From contig CAXXNF010000001.1 of assembly GCA_963666365.2 (NCBI GenBank), positions 1,376,001-1,440,000 on the forward strand: a DNA stretch of 64,000 nucleotides, in the 5' to 3' direction. The position numbers were made by a program, and so were the translations under genes. Each line of letters starts with the position of its first letter. Position 1 is the stretch's first letter. The notes beneath the pieces are model-generated. The model worked only from the letters and a program-made list of their open reading frames with translations, had not been told where the DNA came from and made no database searches. Origin of the DNA: Syntrophales bacterium (GTDB lineage: Bacteria; Desulfobacterota; Syntrophia; Syntrophales; UBA2210). Shown here piece after piece: positions 48,992-58,739 of the stretch.

Positions 48992-49645
48992 ATGGAAGAG
49001 AAGCAGTTTATTGTCGATGCCCTGAATATTGAAGAGTCCTGGCGGGTGTTCCGCATAATGGCGGAGTTCGTGGATGCGATTGAAGAGTTGTCCCATATGG
49101 GGCCCGCGGTAAGTATCTTCGGGTCGGCCCGGGTGGCTCCCGGCGATGATTACTATGAAAAGACGGAGCGGCTGGCGGGAATGCTGGCCTCAAGCGGCTT
49201 CAGCGTGATCACGGGGGGAGGCCCCGGTATCATGGAGGCGGCCAACAAGGGTGCCAGTGAGGCCGGCGGCGTTTCCGTGGGCATGAATATCCACCTTCCC
49301 TTCGAACAAACACCGAACCCATATGCAAACATCAAGATCGAATACAAATATTTCTTCATCCGCAAGGTGATGTTCGTCAAATATGCCGTGGCCTACGTGA
49401 TTTTACCCGGCGGGTTCGGGACGATGGATGAACTCTTTGAAGCGCTTACGCTCATTCAGACAAAGCGCATCAGAAGTTTTCCCGTAATATTGATGGGGAG
49501 CAGCTATTGGAAGGGACTTCTGGACTGGCTGAAAGATACCATGTACGTCGAGGGGAAAATCTCTGAGGAGGATCTCGATCGCATTCAGGTAATTGACGAT
49601 CCCCGTGATGTGGTAGCGCATATAAAAAAGTTTGTTATTCTGTAA
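48992..49645 (+). CDS. LOG family nucleotide phosphoribohydrolase
   Basis: IFGSAR, TGGGPGIMEAANKG, RKVMF, PGGFGTMDE. Confidence 0.93.
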   Translation: MEEKQFIVDALNIEESWRVFRIMAEFVDAIEELSHMGPAVSIFGSARVAPGDDYYEKTERLAGMLASSGFSVITGGGPGIMEAANKGASEAGGVSVGMNIHLPFEQTPNPYANIKIEYKYFFIRKVMFVKYAVAYVILPGGFGTMDELFEALTLIQTKRIRSFPVILMGSSYWKGLLDWLKDTMYVEGKISEEDLDRIQVIDDPRDVVAHIKKFVIL

Positions 49646-49691
49646 CGCCCTGTATCGTTGGGTGAATGGTTGAGACAGACGGCCGCAAGGA

Positions 49692-51056
49692 ATGGCATCG
49701 ACAAAAGAAACACTCGAAAATGTGCTCCAATCAATAGATCAGGGAGCCGTTCCCTCCTGCATACTCATATACGGTGATGAATCCTACCTCGTCGGCAAGG
49801 CCCGTGATCGGATCATAGAAAGAATTTTTCCCGCAGGGGTGCCGGAACTCAATCTTTTTTACATGGACGGCGAGCGCGCCGATGTGGAAAGGATTTGCGA
49901 AACCATTCTCACCCCTTCGCTCATTCCTGGAAGAAAAGTCGTTATGGTCACACAGACCGGCCTCTTGACATCCAAGGCGTCGGCGCCGACACTTCTCCAG
50001 GAAGCTGCAGGAAAGCTGCAGGAAGATCCCCCCGCTGCGGCGCGACTTTTTCTTCGGTTTGCCGGTCTTATGGGCTGGACCTTCGAAGAAATGGCCGAAG
50101 GAGATTGGAAAAAGATTACCGATGCCGAGTGGCGTTCCTTGATCGGTGACGAAGGGGATGTCGCGCGGGAAGAATTTTTTCCCGGAATACTGTCCGTCTG
50201 TCGTGAGCATAATATTACCACCGTGCCCACGGTGAGCGATACCGACCGCCTCGAATCTATCCTGAACGGCCAAATGCCCGATACCATCAGCCTCATCCTC
50301 ACGGCCTCCGCGGCGGATAAAAGGAAGCGGCTTTATAAAGTCATTTCGGAAACAGGCGTGGTGCTCCACTATCCACGAACCGCCAAGGAAGGCCAGCAGA
50401 AACAGCTTTTCTCTGAGGCCGCCGCCGCGTTTTTGTCAGAAAAGGGGAAAAAACTTACCGCCGATGCCTTTGCCGCACTCGGTGAAAGGGTGGGGTATGC
50501 CTATCAGGACGCCCTTGGGGCGCTTGACAAGGTGGCGACCTACGTAGGCGATCGATCGCGCATCGAAAGAGCGGATGTAGAGGCAGTCACGGGCGCCACA
50601 AAAGAGGAAAAGGTCTTTGCACTGACCACGGCGTTGGCTGAAAAAAAACTGGAAGAGGGCCTTCTTGCCCTGAACCGGCTTTTGGAGCAGGAACTCCATC
50701 CTCTGATGATTCTCGCCATGATAATAAGGGAGATCAGACTCCTCGTTCAGGGAAAACTGCTGCTTGCGTCGGGGATTATTCCTTCGTCGGTGCCCGCCCG
50801 CTACAATGACTTTCAGAATCGCATCTATCCCATGATAAAAGAGGCGGCCGGCAGGGAAGAGAAGAAAACGGTGCAGCTCTACAGCCAGCATCCCTACGTC
50901 ATGTACAATGCGCTGAGAAACTCCCGCCGTTTTTCCTGGGATGAACTGATGGGCTGCATGGACAGGCTGGTTGAGACCGACATCACCTTAAAATCGAGCG
51001 CCGCCCAACCCCGCCTCGTTATGGAACGCCTGGTGATCGAACTCTGCGGAAAGTGA
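49692..51056 (+). CDS. holA: DNA polymerase III delta subunit (long form)
   Basis: LIYGDESYL, DKRKRLYK, VFALT.AL, D..LKSS, E.LVIELC. Confidence 0.8.
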   Translation: MASTKETLENVLQSIDQGAVPSCILIYGDESYLVGKARDRIIERIFPAGVPELNLFYMDGERADVERICETILTPSLIPGRKVVMVTQTGLLTSKASAPTLLQEAAGKLQEDPPAAARLFLRFAGLMGWTFEEMAEGDWKKITDAEWRSLIGDEGDVAREEFFPGILSVCREHNITTVPTVSDTDRLESILNGQMPDTISLILTASAADKRKRLYKVISETGVVLHYPRTAKEGQQKQLFSEAAAAFLSEKGKKLTADAFAALGERVGYAYQDALGALDKVATYVGDRSRIERADVEAVTGATKEEKVFALTTALAEKKLEEGLLALNRLLEQELHPLMILAMIIREIRLLVQGKLLLASGIIPSSVPARYNDFQNRIYPMIKEAAGREEKKTVQLYSQHPYVMYNALRNSRRFSWDELMGCMDRLVETDITLKSSAAQPRLVMERLVIELCGK

Positions 51057-51155
51057 TCTGGTCTGTCTGGTTCATTTGGTCTATCTGGTTCATTTGGTCT
51101 GTCTGGTCTTTTTGGTCTGACTGTTTCATTTGGTCTGTCTGGTCTGTTTGGTAGA
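51057..51155 (+). repeat. Tandem 9-bp array (11 units, consensus TYTGGTYYR)
   Basis: tctggtctg tctggttca tttggtcta tctggttca tttggtctg ... starting right after the holA stop. Confidence 0.92.
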
Positions 51156-51181
51156 ATGAGTCGTTTGGATCGTTGTGAGCG

Positions 51182-51715
51182 TTAGAGTTTTTTTAACACT
51201 CTCCTTGCCTGCCGTTCCCGTTTCGACGGTTTTCGTGAGGGCCCCTTTTTTCTGGCGGCGCCGGTTCTGTCGGATTCACTGTCGTCCGGTTCGTCCGGAA
51301 AAAAGTCATCCTGCCCTGTCGGGGCAATTTCATCCAGGGCCATTTTCATTTCAAAATCCGCGGAGGCCAGTGCCACCTTTCCCGATCGCACCGCCCCATC
51401 CGCCACATCGCGATCGGAGGTAACCACTACGATTTCCTCCCCCCCTTTCCGGGCCATGCGCTTTATCACTTCATCGGCCCGTTCGCCCCGCCTTGAGTAG
51501 ACGATCTGCAGTCCCCCCTCATTCAGGCGCGTTTCCCGGGATGCGCCATCGATCCATCCGTCAAACACCACGGTAATCCTGTTTCCCCGAATCTTTCGAT
51601 AGGCGGAAAGGCGCCGGATCAGCCCTTTCCTTCCTTCCTCCAGGCTGATCCTTTCCAGCCGGCTCAGCGATGGGGACTGCCTGATAAGATTATATCCGTC
51701 TATAATAATATGCAT
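51182..51715 (-). CDS. NYN-domain RNase (YacP/Rae1 family)
   Basis: IIDGYNL, VVFDG, ADEVI, VVTSD. Confidence 0.88.
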   Translation of the reverse strand: MHIIIDGYNLIRQSPSLSRLERISLEEGRKGLIRRLSAYRKIRGNRITVVFDGWIDGASRETRLNEGGLQIVYSRRGERADEVIKRMARKGGEEIVVVTSDRDVADGAVRSGKVALASADFEMKMALDEIAPTGQDDFFPDEPDDSESDRTGAARKKGPSRKPSKRERQARRVLKKL

Positions 51716-51908
51716 GATAAAGGCCTCGTATGTGTTCTATAGAAGTGAAACGAATAAATCAAGGGCCAGGCTAAAAAAGTCTTGACTAATCAAGAAGAAA
51801 GAAGGAATCTTTTTCAGCGATGTGCCGTGAATGGCGAGCCTGTGCGGGTCGCCGAAGGAGCAAAAGAACGGAAGATCTTTACTGAAAGATCAACCCAGGG
51901 GGGACGAT

Positions 51909-52676
51909 ATGAATCTTTCGAAGTGCAGGGTTATAGTGACGGGCGGCGCCTCCGGGCTGGGAGAGGCAACGGTGCGCATGTTTCACCGGGCCGGTGCGTC
52001 GGTGGCGATTTTCGACATAAAGGCGGAACAGGGCGAGCAACTTGCCGGGGAATTGGGAGAATCGGTGCGTTTTGTTCATGCCGATGTCACTAGTGAAGAA
52101 AGTGTGCGAGAAGCCGTTCGCTTTACCGAGGAGGCCTTCTCGGGCGTTGATGTGGCGGTCAACTGCGCCGGCATCGGCTTTGCCGAAAAGATTCTCAGCA
52201 AACGCGGCCCCATGTCGCTTGCCAACTTCAATGCGATTGTGCAGCTTAACCTGACGGGAACGGTGAATATAGTGATCAGAGCCGTGGAATCGATGGTGAA
52301 ACACAGTCCCAACGAAGAAGGCGAACGGGGGGTGATCATCAACACGGCATCGACGGCCGCCTTTGACGGGCAGATCGGTCAGGCCGCCTACAGCGCGTCC
52401 AAGGCGGGCGTTGTCGGCATGACCCTGCCCATTGCGAGAGAGTGTGCCGAATACGGCGTCAGGATCATGACCATCGCCCCCGGTGTGTTTGAAACGCCGC
52501 TGCTTGCAATGCTTTCTCAGGAGCAGCGCGACGCCCTGGCAGCCGATGTGCCCTTTCCCCGGCGATTGGGAAGACCCGAGGAATTTGCCCGGCTGGCGCT
52601 CCACATCGTAGAAAACCCGATGTTGAACGGCGAAGTGATCCGTCTCGACGGCGCCCTCAGAATGAAGGCCCGGTGA
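51909..52676 (+). CDS. SDR-type 3-hydroxyacyl-CoA dehydrogenase (HSD10-like)
   Basis: TGGASGLG, ERGVIINTAS, DGQIGQAAYSASKAG, LNGEVIRLDGALRM. Confidence 0.92.
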   Translation: MNLSKCRVIVTGGASGLGEATVRMFHRAGASVAIFDIKAEQGEQLAGELGESVRFVHADVTSEESVREAVRFTEEAFSGVDVAVNCAGIGFAEKILSKRGPMSLANFNAIVQLNLTGTVNIVIRAVESMVKHSPNEEGERGVIINTASTAAFDGQIGQAAYSASKAGVVGMTLPIARECAEYGVRIMTIAPGVFETPLLAMLSQEQRDALAADVPFPRRLGRPEEFARLALHIVENPMLNGEVIRLDGALRMKAR

Positions 52677-52829
52677 GCGGATGTGCGCGATTCAGGGCGG
52701 CCTGATGAGCCTCATGCACTTTACCTGTCATCCCGAGGGCATAGATGCTCACCACTCAAATAGCCTTTCCTGCAGGGGTAAATGCCACATCTGCAGGAAG
52801 CGGGCAGGTAAAAATTTTCATATTTTCTC

Positions 52830-52858
52830 TTGACAGTGAGGATGTAAGTGGGTATGAG
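52830..52858 (+). promoter_or_regulatory. Sigma70-like promoter upstream of the ABC transporter
   Basis: TTGACA-N17-TATGAG preceded by an AT-rich tract. Confidence 0.4.
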
Positions 52859-53200
52859 ACACTTGTTATTTGTTCCGCTGTGGGGAGTCAGCGTGCGATA
52901 AGTCAAGATAGAACGTAGCGAAGCGCATTCGGGGGGGTGGGTGTTCATGGTTTCTTCTATCAGCAGTCCTTTTCACCTATGGAAAAACGGGCAATACGGC
53001 AGCCTGCGCGGTGTATGTTTCTTCGTGTATTCACCGGTGTGTCGTCCAGTGTTTTCTTTATATCAAGGCAGCAGCAACAGTATCTCGTCGGAATTTTCTC
53101 ACTGAACAGGTGAGGGAGGCAGGGCGTTGCTGCGGCCGGCAATCGACAAGGCGCGTTCTTAATAAGTACCATTCATTATTCATTCGCACATTTTTGTGAG

Positions 53201-54280
53201 GTGATGCCTATGGACATGAAGCGTGAGTATTACGAGGACATTCAACTCTTCTCAAGCGGCGTCGTTCTTTTCTGGACCGTTGCCCTTCTGGCGGTGCTTT
53301 TTACGATACCCCTCTATGCACAGAACTATTATATTTACCTTTTTAATCTGATTATGGTGCATATCATCCTGGCCGTGGGTCTCAATATCCTGGTGGGATC
53401 CACGGGGCAGATGGCCCTGGGGCACGCCGGTTTTTTTGCAATCGGCGCCTATGTCACGGTGCTGCTCATGACGCAGTTCCATGTGCCCTTTTTCCTGGCA
53501 ATTATTATCGCCTCATTCATTGCGGCCTTTTTCGGGTTTCTGCTGGGCCTGCCGGCCCTAAGGCTTGAAGGCCCCTATCTGGCAATCGCCACGCTTGGTT
53601 TCGGGCTGGCCATCATGCATGTGATCGGCCACTGGGAAATCTTCGGAGGCCGCAACGGCCTCTCGGCGCCGCCCCTCGATATCGGCATTCCGCAGCTCGG
53701 CCTCAGCTGGGTCCTGGAATCGGACGTAAGCAAATACTACCTCATTCTGGTGATCATGATTCTTATGGTCGTCGGTGCGGTCAATATCCTTAAAACCCGT
53801 GTCGGGCGAGCCTTTGTCGCGATCAGGGACAGTGACATCGCCGCCGAGGTCATCGGTGTCAATCTCACTATCTATAAGACCCTGTCTTTTGCGGTAAGCG
53901 CCTTTTACGCCGGTATCGCCGGCGGGCTTTTCGGATTTGTGCTCGGATTTTTCGATCCCTTTACCTTTAACCTGCTCCTGTCAATCATCTTTCTGGTTAT
54001 GATCGTGGTCGGCGGGCTCGGTTCGGTCATGGGATCGATTACGGGCGCGGCCCTCATTACCTATCTCCAGTATGACCTCCTGAAGAACGTCGATGAAGTG
54101 CCCTACCTGGGAGATCTTCTTATTGGGATATCGAGGAAATGGCTGACCGTGACGGGTCTCGACAATTTCAACAGCATCGCCCTGGGGCTCATCATGATCG
54201 GCATTGTGGTGTTGGAGCCCCTGGGAATATTCGGCATATGGATCAGGATGAAAAAATACTGGATGACCTGGCCGTTCTAG
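53201..54280 (+). CDS. LIV-family ABC permease (LivM-like)
   Basis: GLNILVG.TGQ..LGHAGF, LRLEGPYLAIATL, GRAFVAIRD. Confidence 0.93.
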   Translation: MMPMDMKREYYEDIQLFSSGVVLFWTVALLAVLFTIPLYAQNYYIYLFNLIMVHIILAVGLNILVGSTGQMALGHAGFFAIGAYVTVLLMTQFHVPFFLAIIIASFIAAFFGFLLGLPALRLEGPYLAIATLGFGLAIMHVIGHWEIFGGRNGLSAPPLDIGIPQLGLSWVLESDVSKYYLILVIMILMVVGAVNILKTRVGRAFVAIRDSDIAAEVIGVNLTIYKTLSFAVSAFYAGIAGGLFGFVLGFFDPFTFNLLLSIIFLVMIVVGGLGSVMGSITGAALITYLQYDLLKNVDEVPYLGDLLIGISRKWLTVTGLDNFNSIALGLIMIGIVVLEPLGIFGIWIRMKKYWMTWPF

Positions 54281-54378
54281 CAACGAGCGTGCATGTGGCG
54301 CGTACTGAAATTTAACAGACATCCTTGGATGTGACGATCTCACGGAAAAGGCACTCACAGATTTCATGAGGAGGGACA

Positions 54379-55254
54379 ATGCCAGTAGGACAACTGATTA
54401 TCGAGGGGTTGGCCATCGGCGCCTGTTACGGTCTTTTTGGAATTGCCGTGGTAATTATCTATAAGACATCGGAGGTGGTCAACTTCGGTCAGGGAGAAAT
54501 GGCCATGTTTTCCACTTTTGTTGCCTATCACATCCTTACCTATTATCACTGTCCCTTCTGGATCGCCTTTATCATCACGCTTGTCTTTGCGGCGCTTCTG
54601 GGGATTGTCATCGAATTCTGCTTTTTGCGCCCCGCGAAAGACCCCAGTCTGCTCGGTCTCATCGTTATTACCCTGGGCGCCGAGATGCTGCTCATGGGAC
54701 TTGCGAGCTGGAAGTGGGGCGCCGAACAGAAAGAATTTGTGATGCCCATGTCATACCAGGTAACCCACGAACCCCTGCCGGGCATAATGATAAGCGACTG
54801 GGCCATTGCAGTGTTTATTACGGCGGCGATTGTCATGGTGCTCATGTTTCTGTTCTTCAAGTTTACCAATCTGGGCATGGCGATGAGGGCAACCCAGCAG
54901 AATCAGCATGCCGCAAAGATCATGGGCATACGGACCGAACGGATCTTTTCTTTTGCCTGGGGAATGAGTTCGCTCATTGGTGTGATTGCCGCCATGTTTT
55001 TTTCGGCAAAGGCGACCCTCGATCCCCAGTTTATGATGGAGCCCTTTCTGCGAACCTTTGCGGCAGCCGTTCTCGGCGGGCTCATGAGTATTCCCGGTGT
55101 CTTTATCGGCGGGGAGATGCTCGGTCTTATTGAGAACTTTTTCGGGTATATATGGCCGGAGTGGAAACCGATTATCGCCTTTGTAGTGATCGTGCTTGTG
55201 CTCTGCATCCGTCCCAGCGGACTCTTTGCGCGGCATTATGTGAAAAAGGTCTGA
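54379..55254 (+). CDS. LIV-family ABC permease (LivH-like)
   Basis: VVNFGQGE, G.AMRA, AAVLGG, RPSGLF. Confidence 0.93.
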   Translation: MPVGQLIIEGLAIGACYGLFGIAVVIIYKTSEVVNFGQGEMAMFSTFVAYHILTYYHCPFWIAFIITLVFAALLGIVIEFCFLRPAKDPSLLGLIVITLGAEMLLMGLASWKWGAEQKEFVMPMSYQVTHEPLPGIMISDWAIAVFITAAIVMVLMFLFFKFTNLGMAMRATQQNQHAAKIMGIRTERIFSFAWGMSSLIGVIAAMFFSAKATLDPQFMMEPFLRTFAAAVLGGLMSIPGVFIGGEMLGLIENFFGYIWPEWKPIIAFVVIVLVLCIRPSGLFARHYVKKV

Positions 55255-55412
55255 CCCGTTATTGTCTCTGTTGCCTGGTTTTGAAGTTAAAGGATGGGCA
55301 ACGCAAAGAGGCGAGGCGGCAAGAAGCGCCAATATGACAAAAAGTCGTTATTAATATAAAGGAAATAACTCACAGGTGCGTGAGGAGGACCCTCGGAACA
55401 AAAATAATTGAA

Positions 55413-55486
55413 TTTCGCCCATAGACGCAGGGGCGCAGAGGATAAGAGAATGTAAAAATGTGTGGCGTTCCTGCGGGGGTAAGAAT
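55413..55486. repeat. Degenerate CGCAGAG-type repeat, copy 2
   Basis: TTTCGCCCATAGACGCAGGGGCGCAGAG aligns with 1531-1560; right arm is decayed. Confidence 0.45.
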
Positions 55487-55512
55487 GAATCAGGTGCTGA
55501 GAAGGATAGGCA

Positions 55513-55974
55513 ATGCGAAGAAAGACATTTGGCAAGACCGCGCTATGCATCATTGGAGTGATTCTTTTCGTGGGGCTGTTTAGTGGCGGTGCAATCGCTT
55601 CAGCGGAGCAGGGTGCGCGTTCAGAGGAAGCGGCCGTGCTGGAGGCGGCGCGAAACTATCTCGATGCCGAGGTAAAGAAGGATTATCCCCGCATCTATGC
55701 CTGCCTCAGCCCTTCTTCGGCCTATTGCGCCTCTCACACCTATGATGAGTACCTCGAGGAGGCTCGTTCCGCAGCCAGCTCGGTCAGTGAGTATCAAATA
55801 ATTGCCATTACCTATATACGAGAGAATGAGGACCGGGACAAGTTTCCCTCAGTCGAAAAGTTTGCCGAGGTCGAGGTCGAAGTAGTGGTGCATTATTCGG
55901 ACACAAATACATCGTCCGAATACAATATAGGGTTCATTTTTATGAAAGAAGGTGGAAAGTGGTACAAAAGCTAG
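55513..55974 (+). CDS. Exported hypothetical protein, possible NTF2-like fold
   Basis: Signal peptide; N-terminal helices then beta strands ending F.KEGGKWY. Confidence 0.7.
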   Translation: MRRKTFGKTALCIIGVILFVGLFSGGAIASAEQGARSEEAAVLEAARNYLDAEVKKDYPRIYACLSPSSAYCASHTYDEYLEEARSAASSVSEYQIIAITYIRENEDRDKFPSVEKFAEVEVEVVVHYSDTNTSSEYNIGFIFMKEGGKWYKS

Positions 55975-55992
55975 CCACAAAAGAGTGGAGCT

Positions 55993-56055
55993 TTAACCAA
56001 ACGAACCAAATAAACTAAATGGACCAAACAAACCAGACAGACCAGACAGACCAAA
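55993..56055 (+). repeat. Tandem 9-bp array (7 units), reverse complement of the 51057 array
   Basis: ttaaccaaa cgaaccaaa taaactaaa tggaccaaa caaaccaga cagaccaga cagaccaaa, abutting the next RBS. Confidence 0.9.
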
Positions 56056-56070
56056 AAAGGAGGAAATCGT

Positions 56071-57270
56071 ATGGATCTGAGAAAAACTTTATTCGTCATG
56101 GTGGCAGCGATCCTGGTACTTTTTCTGATGGTTCCTTCCTGCTATGCAAAAGCGAAGGGATTTGACGACAAGGAAATAAGGATCGGCCAGTGGGGCCCGC
56201 AGACGGGACCGGCCGCACCCTGGGGTTCCGTTGCGCGGGGCAGCAAGCTTCTTTTTGATATCATCAACGAAGAGGGGGGAATTCACGGCAGGCAGATTAA
56301 ATACTTCATCAGAGACGACCAGTATAATCCTTCACAGACAAAACTGGCCGTCAAGGAACTGGTTGAACGAAAAGGCGTATTCGCCTTTGTGGGCGGCGTC
56401 GGATCGTCCTGCGGTCTGGCAGTGAAAGATTATCTGAGCAAAAATAAAATCATATGGGTGGGTCCCTGTTCGGGCGCCAAGGATTTCTTCGAACCCGTCG
56501 ATCCCTACGTGTGGGTGCTCTGGCCCCCCTATGACGATGATGCCAGTATTCTTACCAAATACGCAGCGGAAAAAATGAATTTCAAAAAGATAGGGTTTTT
56601 CTACCAGAATGACACCTATGGAATAGACGGTCTCGAAGCCGCGAGGTACCGGTTGGGAAAAATGGGAATGAAGCTGGTCGCCGAGGTGCCCGTTGAACCG
56701 ACGGAGAAGGATCTTTCCTCCCAGATGGCGAAGTTTCAGGCTGCCGGCGCCGAGGCAATCGTTGCCTTCATCTCCCCGGTGCAGGCGGCAATTGCACTGA
56801 AAACATGCATCACCCTCGGATACCATCCCCAGTGGATTCATTCCTACAACCTTTCAGATTATCTCCTTATGAACATGATTACGGGAGGGCTCTGGGCGAA
56901 AGAAGGGGTCATTACCAGCGGCTTTACGGAAACTCCCTATTCCGATTCCCCGCTGATGACGAAATACCGAGAAGCAGCGAAGCGTCTGGCCAAGGAAGAG
57001 CGCTGGGCGATTTTCTATATGGCGGGCATAGTCGTCGGCGAACCGCTGGTGTGGGCCCTGAAAGAAGTCGGACGGGATCTGAGCACCGAGGCGGTCAGGC
57101 AGAAACTCGATTCGATCAAAAACTTCCAGGGCATTGGTCCTCCGCTGAACTGGACTCCCGACAATCACCGGGGCCCCAGTGCCGTTGTCATATGGAAATG
57201 CGGTCCCAATGCGGAAACCATTTTACTGCAGGATTGGGCGGTGAATGAAATCCCCCGCTATAAAAAATAA
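56071..57270 (+). CDS. LIV-family substrate-binding protein 1
   Basis: Signal peptide; PQTGPAA, INEEGGIHGR.I, DDQYNP, YQNDTYG. Confidence 0.93.
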   Translation: MDLRKTLFVMVAAILVLFLMVPSCYAKAKGFDDKEIRIGQWGPQTGPAAPWGSVARGSKLLFDIINEEGGIHGRQIKYFIRDDQYNPSQTKLAVKELVERKGVFAFVGGVGSSCGLAVKDYLSKNKIIWVGPCSGAKDFFEPVDPYVWVLWPPYDDDASILTKYAAEKMNFKKIGFFYQNDTYGIDGLEAARYRLGKMGMKLVAEVPVEPTEKDLSSQMAKFQAAGAEAIVAFISPVQAAIALKTCITLGYHPQWIHSYNLSDYLLMNMITGGLWAKEGVITSGFTETPYSDSPLMTKYREAAKRLAKEERWAIFYMAGIVVGEPLVWALKEVGRDLSTEAVRQKLDSIKNFQGIGPPLNWTPDNHRGPSAVVIWKCGPNAETILLQDWAVNEIPRYKK

Positions 57271-57276
57271 TGGCCC

Positions 57277-57396
57277 CGCAAAAATCACATTCCCCTCCCC
57301 TTGCGGGAGGGGATGAAGGGGAGCGGGTATTTTAAGAACGGGTAATAACGTTATTTTTCATTCTCTTCCCTCAAGGGGGATTTTGGACTTTTTGCG
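57277..57396. repeat. Palindromic miniature element
   Basis: Terminal IR CGCAAAAATC/GACTTTTTGCG; inner hairpin TCCCCTCCC-CTTGC-GGGAGGGGA (57291-57313). Confidence 0.75.
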
Positions 57397-57461
57397 ATGC
57401 CCTTACTGTTGCCTTTCCCTGTTTCGGGACGGGTAATGAACAGTGTTGAAGGAGGGATACA

Positions 57462-58679
57462 ATGAATCATGGAAAGGCACTATTCATTGCGGCATTGGTG
57501 CTTATCGTGGGAATTTTTATGGCGGCGAATGCCTGTGTTGCAGGCAAGCCGGGATTTGACGATAGCGAAATAAGGATTGCGCAATTCAGTCCCCAAACAG
57601 GTCCGGCGGCGCCCTGGGGGGCGGTTGCCCGGGGCAGCGGATTGCTCTTCAAGCTTGTAAACGAGGAAGGGGGCATTCACGGGCGAAAGATCAATTACTT
57701 TATAAGGGATTCTCAATACAACCCGGCATTGGCGAAATCGGCGGTCAAAGAGCTGGTTGAACGGCAGGGCATATTCGCGGTTACGGGCGGCGTATCTGGT
57801 GCGGGAGGCCAGGCCGTAAAGGACTATCTTGCTCACAATAAGGTGCTATGGGTCGTTCCGGGTACAGCGGCCCTTAACACGGTCGCCGACAGGGATAAGG
57901 AATTTCCTCCCAGTCCCTACCGATTCTGTTCCTACCCGCTCTTTGAAGACGAGGCAAGCGTGGTGACGAAATATGCGGTGGAGACGCTGGGATACAAAAA
58001 GGTAGGTTTCCTTTACCAAAATGATGTGTTCGGCAAGGGGGGGTTGACCGGGTGCAAGCAGCGGCTTGCCGCCTACGGCATGGAGCTGGTTGCGGAGATC
58101 CCCGTAGAGCCGACGGAGAAAGATCTGGTGTCACAGTTGCTTCGGTTTAAAAATGCGGAAGCGGAGACCGTCCTTATGTGGGTGAGTCCCACACTTGCGG
58201 TGATTGCGCTTAAAACCTGCGCCAGCCTTGGATATAAACCGCAATGGATTGCCTTTGACGGCCTTTCCGATTATCCCCTCATGTATAAAATTACGGGCGG
58301 ACTTTTTGAGGGGGTGATTACCGCGGCCTTTGTGCCTCCTCCCAATTCCGATGAGCCGCTGGTGGTGAAATACCGCGAGGCGGCCAAAAGACTGATGCCG
58401 GAAGAGCGTTGGGGGTCCTTTTTCATAGCGGGAATACAGTTTGCGGAACCTCTCGTGGAAGTCCTGAGGCGTGTGGGGAGAGATCTCAGCACCGAAGCCT
58501 GTATAAAGGAACTCAATACCTTTACCAACTGGAAAGGTCTTGGAGGGGCGATCACGTGGAATGAGAATTGTCACCAGGGGACCGATTCCGTCCAGATTCA
58601 GAAATGCGGTCCCGGAGGGACACACATATTGCTGCAGGATTGGACGGCCAACGAACTTGCGACATGGAAGAAAAAATAG
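57462..58679 (+). CDS. LIV-family substrate-binding protein 2 (paralog of SBP1)
   Basis: Shares PQTGPAAPWG, PVEPTEKDL, VGRDLSTEA, LLQDW with SBP1. Confidence 0.93.
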   Translation: MNHGKALFIAALVLIVGIFMAANACVAGKPGFDDSEIRIAQFSPQTGPAAPWGAVARGSGLLFKLVNEEGGIHGRKINYFIRDSQYNPALAKSAVKELVERQGIFAVTGGVSGAGGQAVKDYLAHNKVLWVVPGTAALNTVADRDKEFPPSPYRFCSYPLFEDEASVVTKYAVETLGYKKVGFLYQNDVFGKGGLTGCKQRLAAYGMELVAEIPVEPTEKDLVSQLLRFKNAEAETVLMWVSPTLAVIALKTCASLGYKPQWIAFDGLSDYPLMYKITGGLFEGVITAAFVPPPNSDEPLVVKYREAAKRLMPEERWGSFFIAGIQFAEPLVEVLRRVGRDLSTEACIKELNTFTNWKGLGGAITWNENCHQGTDSVQIQKCGPGGTHILLQDWTANELATWKKK

Positions 58680-58739
58680 CTCACAGGTGTGCCGTAATGC
58701 CGGGACTTCGGATAGGAAAGGGAGAGGGATTGATATTCG

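Noticed and set aside
51057..51155. CRISPR array
   Set aside because: Units are contiguous 9-mers with no spacers and no cas genes
52721..52740. Third copy of the 48.3-kb element (TTACCTGTCATCCCG)
   Set aside because: Only ~15 bp match and the rest is absent; at most a relic
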